This document shows, one piece after another, positions 50,342-60,449 of a stretch of DNA of 64,000 nt (the stretch's first letter is position 1; each line of letters opens with the position of its first letter). The notes below the pieces were generated by a model. The model saw nothing but the letters and a program-made list of their open reading frames with translations. It did not search any database and was not told the origin of the DNA. The position numbers were made by a program, and so were the translations under genes. The stretch is from Bryobacterales bacterium (GTDB lineage Bacteria > Acidobacteriota > Terriglobia > Bryobacterales > UBA6623): NCBI GenBank assembly GCA_965248235.1, contig CBDFIU010000004.1, positions 961,898 to 1,025,897 on the forward strand. The letters run 5' to 3'.

Positions 50342-51661
50342 TTACCGCGCCACGCGGTTCTCGTACCACACAACGTTCTCACTGTCTTGGCCGGCGATCA
50401 AAACGTCGAGGTCGCCGTCGACATCCATGTCGACGAGCCGGATATCATAAGCAGCCTGGTCTTCATGGATGATGTGCGTGGTGAAGCCGCCATGGCCGTC
50501 GTTCTCAAACCAGGCGGCCGTGAAGTCGTCCTTGGCGCAAGTCACCGCGTCGATATCGCCGTCTTGGTCGATGTCGCCGATTGCCAGGTCGTGCGGACCC
50601 GTGAGGTCGGTGTTGATCTCGTGCAGGGTGAATTCAGGCGCCTCGAACCAGAGCACGCCTTTACCATGCCCGCGGGTGGCAATGAAGTCCGTTAGGCCGT
50701 CGCCGTTCAGCTCGGCCATGAGGATGTTCGTCGCGCCTTCCTGGCCGGTCGCGAGGATGTGTTTCTCCCAGGGTAGGCCTCCGCCGGCGGGCTGTTCCCA
50801 CCAAGCGAACCAATTGCCGTCGGGAGGAATCTTGGCGGCCGAGGCCGCGTCCGTCAGACCGTCGCCGTTGACGTCGCCCAGTCCCAGATAATGGCTCAGG
50901 CCCGGGGCGTCTTTGTCGGCGAAGACATGACGCTCCCAACGCTCGGCTTCGCGCGGGTTCGCGGGGACCTTCCACCACACCAGCGACTCGGGGTACTGTG
51001 TGTCTACCGGCTGCGCGCTATTGCCCGCAAGGTCCGGCGCGCCGTCTCCGTCGACGTCGCCCACGATCAAGCCGTGCGTTCCGTTGACAGCGTCGTCGAT
51101 CAGGTGGAAGGGCCAGGCATCCTCGGTAGGCTTATCGGGGCGCTCGAGCCAGAAGATCGGCCCTGGTTTGTACACCGCTCCGATGAAGTCGGGATCACCG
51201 TCGTCGTCCACGTCCATCACTTCACTGTGGATCAAGAAGGGCGGCGTGTCGGTGTCATGGGCCGCGATCACGATTTCGCTCCAATCGGGAGCAACGTAGA
51301 GACGCGTCTTGCCGGCCCCGTTACTGATCACGTCCGGCAGCCCGTCGCCCGTGAAATCGGCGCCGGCGACCGTGTGGTTCTTATAGCCCTCGGCAACGAC
51401 ATGCCGCGGCCACGGCTGTTGCGCCGAGATAGTGCCGCCGGTGGAGGCGGCTTCCGGAACTTCCGCCGTACATCCGAAGAGCGCCAGGGAAGCGGCCCAC
51501 GCAAGCACATGGGGGTAAAGAGGTGGTTTATGGGAGATCGGGAATCGCGCGGTCAATGTAACCCTCCGAAAATGGTTGCCGGTGCCGGCTTGCTGCGGGC
51601 CGCCGTCTTCCCGACATGGAAACCGAAGCTGCTGAGTAGCTGAATCCCACATGACGGCCAA
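50342..51661 (-). CDS. FG-GAP/VCBS repeat lipoprotein
   Basis: Several D.DGDG..D loops and WFEN motifs; LFGC lipobox; true start probably downstream of 51661. Confidence 0.8.
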   Translation of the reverse strand: MAVMWDSATQQLRFPCREDGGPQQAGTGNHFRRVTLTARFPISHKPPLYPHVLAWAASLALFGCTAEVPEAASTGGTISAQQPWPRHVVAEGYKNHTVAGADFTGDGLPDVISNGAGKTRLYVAPDWSEIVIAAHDTDTPPFLIHSEVMDVDDDGDPDFIGAVYKPGPIFWLERPDKPTEDAWPFHLIDDAVNGTHGLIVGDVDGDGAPDLAGNSAQPVDTQYPESLVWWKVPANPREAERWERHVFADKDAPGLSHYLGLGDVNGDGLTDAASAAKIPPDGNWFAWWEQPAGGGLPWEKHILATGQEGATNILMAELNGDGLTDFIATRGHGKGVLWFEAPEFTLHEINTDLTGPHDLAIGDIDQDGDIDAVTCAKDDFTAAWFENDGHGGFTTHIIHEDQAAYDIRLVDMDVDGDLDVLIAGQDSENVVWYENRVAR

Positions 51662-51785
51662 TGCATGTACGACCTGCTTACTGAGTTATTGTGCCATTTT
51701 TAGGTCGGCTAACCGATCGTCAGCGTCGTGCCGATCCTATATAAGAAGAGTGCTTGACATTCGCCCCTGGCGGGACTAGCTTGAG

Positions 51786-53448
51786 CCAGGATTTCCATTT
51801 TGGCCCTGGCACGGTCACAGGATACACCCCCGCTGCGCCGAATACCACGTCTTTTCGCGCTGAACCCTGCACATCACCTCCGCCGGCAGGCGCCAGGGCT
51901 CGTCCGTCCGCTCACAGACGTTGATTGAGCGGACTGAACGGCGCTCCGGCCGACACTGCTCCCTGCGAAACCTTTTTGGAGCCAAAAACTGTTGATCCTC
52001 GCCCGCAACGCTAACCACCCGGCACAGGCAGCGCCCAGATCCTCCGCAGCATGTCGCCAAACAGCCGCCGGTTCAGATGTCCCTCGGCCAAGAGCAACCA
52101 GTAGTACCGCGCGTGCTTGACCAATCTGCCGCCGGTCTTCATCAACCGCTGCTGCAAGCTCGTCAGTGACCACGTCTTGATCCTGTGCGGCAACCCGAGT
52201 CGCCGCCACAGGTTGCCCAGGTTGTAGGCCGGCACGCTTAACTGCAAGCGCACCTCGTTCGCCCGGAAGCGATGGCACGACAGCCGCGTCCAGTGCGTCG
52301 CTTGCTTACCTTCTTTGATCCACTGCTCCGCCGTGCCGCGCTTGTTGTAGAAACGCACCACCGACCGGCTTGGCAAGCTCATGTTCGTCACGATAAAACC
52401 GACGCGCGCGAATAGCTCGCCCTGGTGGTGCTCGACCTTGGCGACAACTCGTCTCGGCCCCTTCCAGCTCTCCGCCTGATAGCGAAAGCTCTTGTAGCGC
52501 ACTAGCGGCTTGCGGCCGGGCCTCCCCGGCGGACGAAACAGGATGTCTTCGATCTCCAGCTCCAGGTTCTTATTGGCCGGAATGCGGATCGCGTAGTCCG
52601 CGCCGCGCTCCTCCAGCGCCTCGTAGATCTCCGGCTTGGCAAAGGCGGCATCGCCCCGGAAGGCGACCTGCTTGCCCGCAGCCTGTTGGCGCTCGATCTC
52701 CGGCAACAATAGCTCATCCCAGTCCTCGGCGCTGTGCACGTTGCCGGGACGCAGCTTGGCAGCGAGGCAATCACCATGACCGTTGAACAAAAGCAACGGG
52801 TGGTAGCAGACCGACTCGAAGTGTCCGTTGTAGGCACTGCCTTCCTGTTGGCCATGGACCGGACTCTCGGTGGAGTCCATGTCCAGAACGACCCGCTCGG
52901 AGTCGTCGAACGCCTCCGCTTGCCCGACCAGCTCTCGGTTCAGCGCCATCAGCCCCAGCAGGTTCTCTTCGCTCGCCAGCATCTCCGTCTCGAAGCCGTG
53001 CAGCGTCGAGGTTAAGGCCGCACCGCGATCCCAGATCTTCTGCGAGCCGATCAAGCGAAACGTCGGGTCAGCCGACACTCGGACGGCGTCGTTGACGTCC
53101 TCGTAGCCTGCCAAGCGGCTGTAGATCGACTGCCGCAACAGATCAGCGAGCGTGAACTGCTTGTTGGTGCCTTGCCGGGAGTCGCTGAGATGCTCGTCAA
53201 TCAGTTCTCCGAGAGCGAGCCGTTCGTCCAGTTCGCGAACCAAAATCAGGCCACCGTCGGAAGTGACGTGCGATCCCTGGAAATCGACTTTCAACGAGCC
53301 GTTGAAACTTAGCTGGAATGGCTTGGTTTGTTTTTCACCCATTGGGTGTTGGCCTCCATGGCGTCCTCAGCGGGCTCTAGCCCCTATGAATAAAGACGCT
53401 CAAGGCCGCCGGAAGGTCGAGAGGTCTGAATCAAATTGGAAATGCGGG
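51786..53448 (-). mobile_element. IS1380 family element
   Basis: Imperfect TIR CCAGGATTTCCATTTTG / CAAATTGGAAATGCGGG; no matching TSD seen. Confidence 0.8.
52011..53342 (-). CDS. IS1380 transposase
   Basis: TSDGG, GYEDVND, LDMDST, YHPL, RGDAAF, YNKRG.AEQWIKEGK. Confidence 0.95.
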   Translation of the reverse strand: MGEKQTKPFQLSFNGSLKVDFQGSHVTSDGGLILVRELDERLALGELIDEHLSDSRQGTNKQFTLADLLRQSIYSRLAGYEDVNDAVRVSADPTFRLIGSQKIWDRGAALTSTLHGFETEMLASEENLLGLMALNRELVGQAEAFDDSERVVLDMDSTESPVHGQQEGSAYNGHFESVCYHPLLLFNGHGDCLAAKLRPGNVHSAEDWDELLLPEIERQQAAGKQVAFRGDAAFAKPEIYEALEERGADYAIRIPANKNLELEIEDILFRPPGRPGRKPLVRYKSFRYQAESWKGPRRVVAKVEHHQGELFARVGFIVTNMSLPSRSVVRFYNKRGTAEQWIKEGKQATHWTRLSCHRFRANEVRLQLSVPAYNLGNLWRRLGLPHRIKTWSLTSLQQRLMKTGGRLVKHARYYWLLLAEGHLNRRLFGDMLRRIWALPVPGG

Positions 53449-53500
53449 ATAGGAGTTGCCAGTCGCACTCGTCTACTTCTGTCGTTAGAGGTTACGACAG

Positions 53501-53716
53501 ATGCCGACACAAACCGATAGCGGCTCAACAATCCGCGACCAATACTACACGAAAGACGAACTCGCCCGCGAGCTTGGGCGATCCACCCGAACGATCGACC
53601 GTTGGCACACGCGACGCGTAGGCCCGCCCCGCCACAAGGTGGCCGGCAAACTCGTGCTCTATCGAAAAAATTTGGTAGCCGCCTGGCTCGATAAGCAGGC
53701 CGAGGCGCTGGCGTGA
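53501..53716 (+). CDS. AlpA/excisionase-like HTH protein
   Basis: YYT..ELA.ELG.S.RTI.RW....GPP......VLY....V.AWL. Confidence 0.75.
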   Translation: MPTQTDSGSTIRDQYYTKDELARELGRSTRTIDRWHTRRVGPPRHKVAGKLVLYRKNLVAAWLDKQAEALA

Positions 53717-53853
53717 GCCGCCGCGACTACGATCTCGGGACCGCATGGGAAGGCGTCTGCTTCCGCTTCGAGCAGGCCGGCCGCCGCGTGCCGCCATGGC
53801 GGTGGCGGCTCTTCCACACCGTCGTCCACTGGATCCTGCGAAGGGGGTCGTAG
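53713..53853 (+). CDS. 46-aa satellite hypothetical protein
   Basis: MSRRDYDLGTAWEG...; overlaps the alpA stop and the primase start; below ORF-track cut-off. Confidence 0.5.
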   Translation: MSRRDYDLGTAWEGVCFRFEQAGRRVPPWRWRLFHTVVHWILRRGS

Positions 53854-55197
53854 TGATCGCCCTCTCGCCGGCCGACGTGGCCGCCTACTATCGTGCCCGG
53901 CTTCCGGACCTACGACTGCCACGCCTGGAAAAAATGGCTTTGCTGGGACCGCCGCCGCTGGCAGGTCGACGACTCGGGCGCGGTCTACCGCCGTGCCGTC
54001 GATACCGTTCGTTTGCTTTACGATGTCGCGGCCCAAGTCGACGACCGCGCGCGGCGGAAGGCTTTCGCGGAATGGGCCATCAAATCGGAAAGCCGGGCCC
54101 GCCTCGACAGCATGGTAGCGTTGGCGGCGAACCACGCCGACGTGCTTGTCCAACCATCAGAATTGGACGCCGACCCGTGGGCACTCTGTGTCGACAACGG
54201 CGTTGTCGATTTACGCACCGGCAAGCTTCGCCCGCACGATCGGGACGACCTGACAACCAAGATCGCGCCGGTTCGTTTTGAGCCCGAAGCACCGGCACCG
54301 CGATGGCGGAAATTTCTCGCCGAAGTCTTCGAACCCCATCCCGACTTGGTGCCCTTCATCCAACGCGCCGTCGGCTATTCGTTGACCGGCAGCACGCGCG
54401 AAGAATGCCTTTTCCTACTCCACGGCACTGGCCGCAACGGCAAGGGAACGCTAATCAAGCTCGTCGATGACGTGCTCGGCGACTACGCTGGGACGGCCGA
54501 CTTTTCGACCTTCGTCCAACATCGCGACGACAGCGGGCCGCGTGACGACATCGCCCATATGGCAGGAAAGCGCTTTGTCGGCGCGCAAGAGTCCCGCGAG
54601 GGCGCGGCGCTCGCCGAAAGCCTGTTGAAGTGGCTCACCGGCGGCGACAAGGTTCGCGCGCGCCGGCTGTATGAAAACTCGTGGGAGTTCCTGCCGAGCC
54701 ACAAAATCTGGCTCGCGACGAATCACAAGCCGATGGTTCGCGGCACCGACCCGGCTATCTGGTCGCGGATCAAACTCGTGCCGTTCGATGTGAGTTTTGA
54801 AGGGTACGAAGATCGCAATTTGAAAAACGCCTTGATCGACGAGCGTGAAGGCATTCTCGCGTGGTGCGTCGCCGGCTGCTTGGCCTACCTGCGGGACGGG
54901 CTCGCCTTCCCCGAGTCCGTCACGGCGGCGACAGCAGAGTACCGGCACGAGTCCGACGCAGTCGGCCGGTTCATCGAGGAACGCTGCGTTACCGGCGACT
55001 ACGCGACCGGACGAGCGAAAGACTTGTACGCCGCCTTCAAGGCTTGGGCAGACGAAACAGGCGAGCAAATCATCTCAGGAACGGCGTTCGGGCGCCGACT
55101 CACCGAGCGCGGCTACCGGAAAGAAAGGACGAAAGGGGTATTTGCTACTCAGGCATCGGCCTACGACCCCAATCCTGAAGGGTTCTGCATAGTTTGA
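53853..55197 (+). pseudogene. P4-family phage/plasmid primase-helicase (D5), internally deleted
   Basis: W..WD..RW, NGVVDLRTG.LRPH...D..TK, G.GRNGKGT, LTGGD...ARRLY, NHKP, IW.RI; frameshifted tail ending YSGIGL at 55178. Confidence 0.85.
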
Positions 55198-55278
55198 AGG
55201 GTTTTCCGGGAACTTTTCCCTGTACCCCTTCATGTAGAAAGTTTCCGGAAAACTATTCAAACCCTTCAGAACCCTTCA
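55176..55278. repeat. iteron-like imperfect palindrome after the primase
   Basis: TGAAGGGTT at 55176 and 55195; AACCCTTCA at 55260 and 55270. Confidence 0.7.
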
Positions 55279-55419
55279 GGAACAGCGAGATGAAATGAAA
55301 TACCCCCGCACCCCCGATACCCCGGCCGCGCGCAACGCGACAAGTGGGACCGTGCCAATTTGGCCGCCGCGAAGCTCATCTTGGAGCAGCCGCACCGGCA
55401 CCCGGCCTTCATGCGCCCT

Positions 55420-55705
55420 CCCGCTCGAAGAGTTATCGATTGCCGCCCGCGAACCAGCCGGACGCGAGCCCGATCCGCTCGCGCAAACTCTCCAGGCCGA
55501 GGAACTGCGTTTTCTAGCAGCGGCGCTTCGACGCTTGCCTGACAAAGAACGCACCGCGCTGGTTTTGCGCGATCTTGAAGGACTCTCGACCAAAGATGTC
55601 ACCGCAGTTCTGCGGTCTTCCCAGACAACGGTTCGGTCACAAATCAGCTCGGCGCGAGGGAAGCTCAAGTCGTGGCGCGAAGAATTCTTGAGGAGGTCCA
55701 AGTGA
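55420..55705 (+). pseudogene. ECF sigma factor, region 4 only
   Basis: L..LP.KER.ALVLRDLEGLST..V...L.SS..TVRSQIS.AR; no region 2 upstream. Confidence 0.75.
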
Positions 55706-56497
55706 CTTGCGCGGGTTTCGATAAGCTCATCGGTCTCTACGTGGAAGGCGATCTTTCAAGCCTGGAGGAACGCCCGGCGCGGGGGCATCTCGAAACCTGT
55801 GCGCGCTGCCGGAGGCTTGCCGAGGAATTGACGGAAAGCCAACGGTCTCTCAAGTCGCTTAATCGAGAAATGGTTGACCCCGTCCGCCTCGGCAATATTC
55901 GATCGAGTGTCCTTGACCAACTCGAGGCGGAGGCGAAGAATCCCAGGAGGGGATTGCGCCGATGGCTGGCTCCCGCTCGCAGTTGGGAGTATGCTTCGGT
56001 CGCTATTGTTGCCGCGCTGGGTCTTATAGGCTGGGCAAACTGGATGCCCTCAGCTGGAGAGACCGACGGAAGTTCTGTCGAGGTTGCCGGGACATCGCCC
56101 GCGCTGTCAGGTGACGGCCACGGATCAACGCCGACCGCAAGTGCCGACGAGGCACCTGAAATCGAGACTGTCCCGCCAGGCCAGCCTTTAGCGGAAGATC
56201 TAGGTAAGCCCTCCGAGCAGCAACATGGCGGCCGTTGCGGAGCCTCCGCGCGACCCGGTCATGGGCGAGGCAACAACGGCGTCTGTAGATGCCGCGGATC
56301 CCGGTAGGGCGCCGACGGGACTTGGGGTCGAGATCCATGATTCGGACCGTCGTGATGTCCAGGTTGAGGAAGTCTTGGTCAGCTCATGGACGACCCCGGA
56401 GGACGGAGAACCCGAGCCCGACGGCATGGTTTTGAAGTTGGCGACGAAGGATCCGGAGATCGTCCTTTATTGGATCGTCGGGCAGAACGGAGATTAG
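55702..56497 (+). pseudogene. zf-HC2 anti-sigma factor, frameshifted
   Basis: C......YVEGDL...HLETCARC, TM helix; tail KL.TKDP.IVLYW in another frame. Confidence 0.7.
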
Positions 56498-56501
56498 ACC
56501 C

Positions 56502-57389
56502 ATGCTTCAAATACGTAAACTAAGGTCGCTGATTGCGCTCGGTTTGTTTGTGGGGGTTGGCTTCAACGTCCCTGCAGTTTGGGCCGACAAGCACAGCGAG
56601 GACGGGGCAAAAACTTCACCGGCCAGCTTGATCAACTCCGACATAGCCTTGCGATTCGCTCACGCCGTTGCGCAAGCCGTCGCCGCCAGCCCGGCCCCGA
56701 CGGAGCCCATGGTCACGAAGGTAATCCCCGTGCGGCACGTGGCCCCTGATAAGGTGGCATCCTTGTTTTTCAAGTTCGGCTCGATGCGGGTTAGGAGTAG
56801 TTGCGCTCTAGGATTGATCACGGCGTATGGCCCCGCGTCCTCCATAGCCGTTTTGGAGGAGGCAGTTCGGGCAGTGGATATTCCGGGACAAACCGGAGAA
56901 GAAGTGAGCGCCGAGGCGGAGATTACAGCCTACCTCCTGGGCACGGCCGACGAAGAAGACTCTTCGGCGAAACTCCCGGGTTTGCTCCAACCCGTCGTTC
57001 GTGAACTCCGAGAGGCGTTTCCCTATCCAGGCTACCGCCTGCTTGAGATTTTCACTGTACGTGTCCGACCCAGCCGTGGAGCCAAGATTTACGGTGTCAT
57101 CTCCAACAGCAGCGTGGGCCGCAACCCGACCTACGAGTTTAGCGTGACAACCGGGTCGATTTCGAGGATCGGCGACCGGCGCGTCATCGCACTGGATGAG
57201 ATCAATTTGAACCTACGGTGGCCTCACGTTGACAATCCCGAATCTCCAAACCAGTATCGCTACGTGGATGCGTGGATTAATAGCGGGGTCACGATTCAAG
57301 ACGGCCAAACCGTTGTCATCGGAAAGGCCGGCGTCCCGGGGAAGAATCGGGGGCTCTTTCTGATCATAAGAGCCCGCGTTGTCGAGTAG
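56502..57389 (+). CDS. exported secretin-N-like hypothetical protein
   Basis: Signal peptide, TKVIPVRH, LIT.YG......EE.VR.VD.P, tail IQDGQTVVIG...LFLII.ARVV. Confidence 0.65.
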   Translation: MLQIRKLRSLIALGLFVGVGFNVPAVWADKHSEDGAKTSPASLINSDIALRFAHAVAQAVAASPAPTEPMVTKVIPVRHVAPDKVASLFFKFGSMRVRSSCALGLITAYGPASSIAVLEEAVRAVDIPGQTGEEVSAEAEITAYLLGTADEEDSSAKLPGLLQPVVRELREAFPYPGYRLLEIFTVRVRPSRGAKIYGVISNSSVGRNPTYEFSVTTGSISRIGDRRVIALDEINLNLRWPHVDNPESPNQYRYVDAWINSGVTIQDGQTVVIGKAGVPGKNRGLFLIIRARVVE

Positions 57390-57703
57390 TCGGCTGCACG
57401 CTGAACGTGATCTCGTATCGCGCACCGCCCGGGAGCTTCACCATCCCTGGCCCTCCACCCAGGAAAACTCCAGCCGCATGCGGGTCGTACGAATGGAGAT
57501 TTTTGAAGCGGCGACGCCTTATGATATGGGTGGTATTTACCCACGCAGCCCACAGTAGGCTACTCGCCATCTGTCATGCCTTTCGAAAACCCCGAAGGTA
57601 CGCCGAAAATCGACAGCACCCGCTCAGGCGTCGTCAATCCGTACTTCCACTGGAACCATTCCGCGGCGAGTCGGTTCATCAAACACAGTTTACGCTAAGT
57701 CTT

Positions 57704-57723
57704 GCTGACATTGCGCTGACATT
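57704..57723. repeat. direct repeat resembling integrase arm-type sites
   Basis: GCTGACATT twice, 57 bp from the tRNA 3' end. Confidence 0.45.
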
Positions 57724-57780
57724 TGGCGAGAAAGACACGGCACCGAGCATGCCTAAGTCACTGCAAACACTCTCTTTAGA

Positions 57781-57859
57781 TGGTAGGCCCGTCGGGACTC
57801 GAACCCGAGACCTCTACCGTGTCAAGGTAGCGCTCTAACCAAAACTGAGCTACGGGCCT
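57781..57859 (-). tRNA. tRNA-Val(GAC)
   Basis: AGGCCCG/CGGGCCT acceptor stem, CTACC-TTGACAC-GGTAG anticodon arm, GGTTCGAGTCC, encoded CCA. Confidence 0.97.
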
Positions 57860-58151
57860 AGAGTTTGGAAGTTGCTGAATCAGAGCAACTTGTTTCAAGC
57901 CGTGCCGGTTGGAGGCCGAATTTGACTCCCCTTGCGCCAACCAACAGGGGTTTGAGGGCGCACTGTTTTCGACACGGGTTTTAGGATACCACGGGATCGG
58001 GCTTGCCTCAACAGGAGGCTGTTGGGCGCGCCCGACTGTGCCGCGGGCGGTACTTGGGAAGCGGCCAAGCTCGGTCGAGGACGAGATCGTCCGAAAATTT
58101 TCTTGGCCACTACTGGTTCGTGGTGGTTGCAAAACCGCTTCAATTTCGGTA

Positions 58152-59165
58152 ATGTCCATGGATGGTATGAGTGCCCCAGCCCTGGCTCCGGCCGTTCGGG
58201 AGGTTACACCGGAGCTTTGTAACCAGTTTCTCCACGCTATGGTCATGATGCGGGAACTAGAAGACCGCATCGAACTCAAGCTCTATCGTCAAGGCAAGAT
58301 CCTGGGCGGTTGCTATACCGGCCGAGGTCAGGAAGCGATTCCGGCGGGCAGCGCGGTCTTGCTGGACGACGATGACTACCTGTGCGCCTCGCATCGCGAT
58401 ATGGCGGCGTTGATCATTCGCGGTATGACGCCGCGCGAGATCTTGGTGCAGTATTTGGGTCGTGCCGCGGGGCCGACCGGCGGCCGCGACGGCAATATGC
58501 ACATGGGTTGCGTCGAGCGGCGCATTCTCCCGATCATCAGCAGTATCGGCGCCAGCATCCCGGTGGCCGGCGGGATTGCGTTGTCGATGAAATATCGCGG
58601 CGAGCGGGGAGTTGTTTTCAATTACTGGGGCGACGGCGCGACCAGCCGCGGCGATTGGCACGAAGGCATCAACTTCGCGACGGTGCAAAAGCTGCCGATT
58701 GTCTATTTCTGCAACAACAACCTTTACGCCTACTCGACTCCGATCGAGCAGCAGATGACGATTGCCGACGTGGTCGAGCGCGCCCCGGGCTACCGCATGC
58801 CGGCCGAGATCGTGGACGGCAATGACGTGATCGCCGTTTACGAGGCGGCCCGGCGTGGGATGGAACATGCCCGTTCCGGCGAGGGGCCCTATCTGATCGA
58901 GTGCAAAACCTTCCGCATGAGCGGGCATTCGGCGCACGACGACGCGTCGTATGTGCCGCGCGAGATGCGCGAAGAGTGGTCGAAGAAAGATCCGATCCTG
59001 CGCCTACAAAAACACATGGTCGAGAAGGATTGGGCGGGCGAGTCCGATTTCAAGCAACTGCGGCACGACGTGCTCGAGGAAATCGACGCGGCCGTCGAGT
59101 GGGCATTGCAAGAACCGCCGCCCGACCCGGCTACGCTCGAAGACGATGTTTACGAGACGATGTGA
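58152..59165 (+). CDS. 2-oxoacid dehydrogenase E1 alpha subunit (pyruvate/branched-chain type)
   Basis: GQEA, HRD, GDGATS...NN TPP motif, VDGND, R..GHS.HD. Confidence 0.93.
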   Translation: MSMDGMSAPALAPAVREVTPELCNQFLHAMVMMRELEDRIELKLYRQGKILGGCYTGRGQEAIPAGSAVLLDDDDYLCASHRDMAALIIRGMTPREILVQYLGRAAGPTGGRDGNMHMGCVERRILPIISSIGASIPVAGGIALSMKYRGERGVVFNYWGDGATSRGDWHEGINFATVQKLPIVYFCNNNLYAYSTPIEQQMTIADVVERAPGYRMPAEIVDGNDVIAVYEAARRGMEHARSGEGPYLIECKTFRMSGHSAHDDASYVPREMREEWSKKDPILRLQKHMVEKDWAGESDFKQLRHDVLEEIDAAVEWALQEPPPDPATLEDDVYETM

Positions 59166-59237
59166 CGGTACCGCCGCCGCCCGGCCGGCTTCGCTGTCCG
59201 TGTCCCCCCCCCGGCACCTATTTCGCAGGGAGATTTC

Positions 59238-60212
59238 ATGCCTGAAATGACCTACGTGGAAGCGATTCGCCAAGGCCTGATCGAGGAGATGGAGCGGGAT
59301 GAATCGGTTTTCATCATGGGCGAGGATGTGGGCGTGTACGGAGGCGCGTTCAAGGTCACCAAGGGCTTTCTCGATCGTTTTGGGGAACGGCGGGTGATCG
59401 ATACGCCGATTTCCGAGTCGGCGATTGCCGGGGCGGGCACGGGAGCCGCGATCAACGGGTTACGTCCGGTGGTCGAAATGCAGTTTTCCGACTTCATGGC
59501 GTGTGCTTTCGATCAGATTACGAACTTCGCGGCGAAGTGCCGTTACCGTTGGGGGGCCGAAGTGCCGCTGGTGATTCGCGCGCCTACCGGCGGTGGATTC
59601 AGCGGCGGTCCGTTTCACTCGCAGAACCCGGAAATGCCCTATGTGCACACGCCGGGTCTAAAGGTCGTCGAACCGTCGACGGCGTACGACGCGAAGGGGC
59701 TGATCAAGGCCGCGATCCGCGACAACGACCCGGTGATTTTTCTGGAGCACAAGCATCTCTATCGGCGCGTGAAAGGCGATGTCCCCGAGGAAGACTACAC
59801 GGTGCCGCTGGGCAAAGCGGCGGTGCGGCGCGAGGGCCGCGACTTGAGCGTGATCACTTACGGCGCGATGGTGCATGTGGCGCTCGAAGCGGCCGAAACG
59901 CTCGCGGGTGAAGGCATCGACATGGAGATCGTTGACCTACGGACGCTGATGCCGATCGATCGCGAGGCCGTGATCGCCACCGCGAAGAAAACGAGCAAGG
60001 TGATTCTGCTCCACGAAGACACCTTGACGGGCGGCTTGGGGGGCGAGCTGGCGGCAATCATCGGCGAACACGCTTTTGACTACCTCGACGGGCCGTTGAC
60101 GCGCATTGCGCCGCCGGATACGCCGGTACCGTTTAGTCCGTCGCTGGAGAAGGCGTTTCTGCCGAATGCCGAGACGGTTAGCGAGAAGGCGCGGGAGTTG
60201 TATCGGTATTAG
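59238..60212 (+). CDS. 2-oxoacid dehydrogenase E1 beta subunit
   Basis: GEDVG.YGG.F, DTPISE, EMQF.DF, HSQ, DLRTL.P. Confidence 0.95.
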   Translation: MPEMTYVEAIRQGLIEEMERDESVFIMGEDVGVYGGAFKVTKGFLDRFGERRVIDTPISESAIAGAGTGAAINGLRPVVEMQFSDFMACAFDQITNFAAKCRYRWGAEVPLVIRAPTGGGFSGGPFHSQNPEMPYVHTPGLKVVEPSTAYDAKGLIKAAIRDNDPVIFLEHKHLYRRVKGDVPEEDYTVPLGKAAVRREGRDLSVITYGAMVHVALEAAETLAGEGIDMEIVDLRTLMPIDREAVIATAKKTSKVILLHEDTLTGGLGGELAAIIGEHAFDYLDGPLTRIAPPDTPVPFSPSLEKAFLPNAETVSEKARELYRY

Positions 60213-60309
60213 GGACGGACCGCGCTTGACGGACGACGGTTTCGTCGTCAGTCCGAGGAACACAGTGGCGGCGGACAACGACAAATCTTCAGCGGACAAG
60301 ACGCTTTCC

Positions 60310-60415
60310 GGAAAGCCGCAGCGACGCATTCCCGGTCAGGCGAAAGGGAAGGTGTGGATCGCCCCCGATTTCGACGACCCTTTGCCGGAGAACGTTGTCG
60401 GTGAATTTGAAAAAG
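60310..60415 (+). pseudogene. antitoxin C-terminal remnant (Phd/DUF2281-like)
   Basis: RRIPGQAKGKVWIAPDFDDPLPE...F; no N-terminal domain and no toxin. Confidence 0.55.
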
Positions 60416-60449
60416 TGAGCGGCGGCCTCTCCTTTTTTCGAAACAACTC

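Noticed and set aside
53618-53626. GTAGGCCCG as second att core for tRNA-Val
   Set aside because: Only 9 bp and inside the alpA-like coding sequence
57364-57700. Short ORFs between the secretin-like gene and the tRNA
   Set aside because: No recognisable motifs; no integrase remnant could be read
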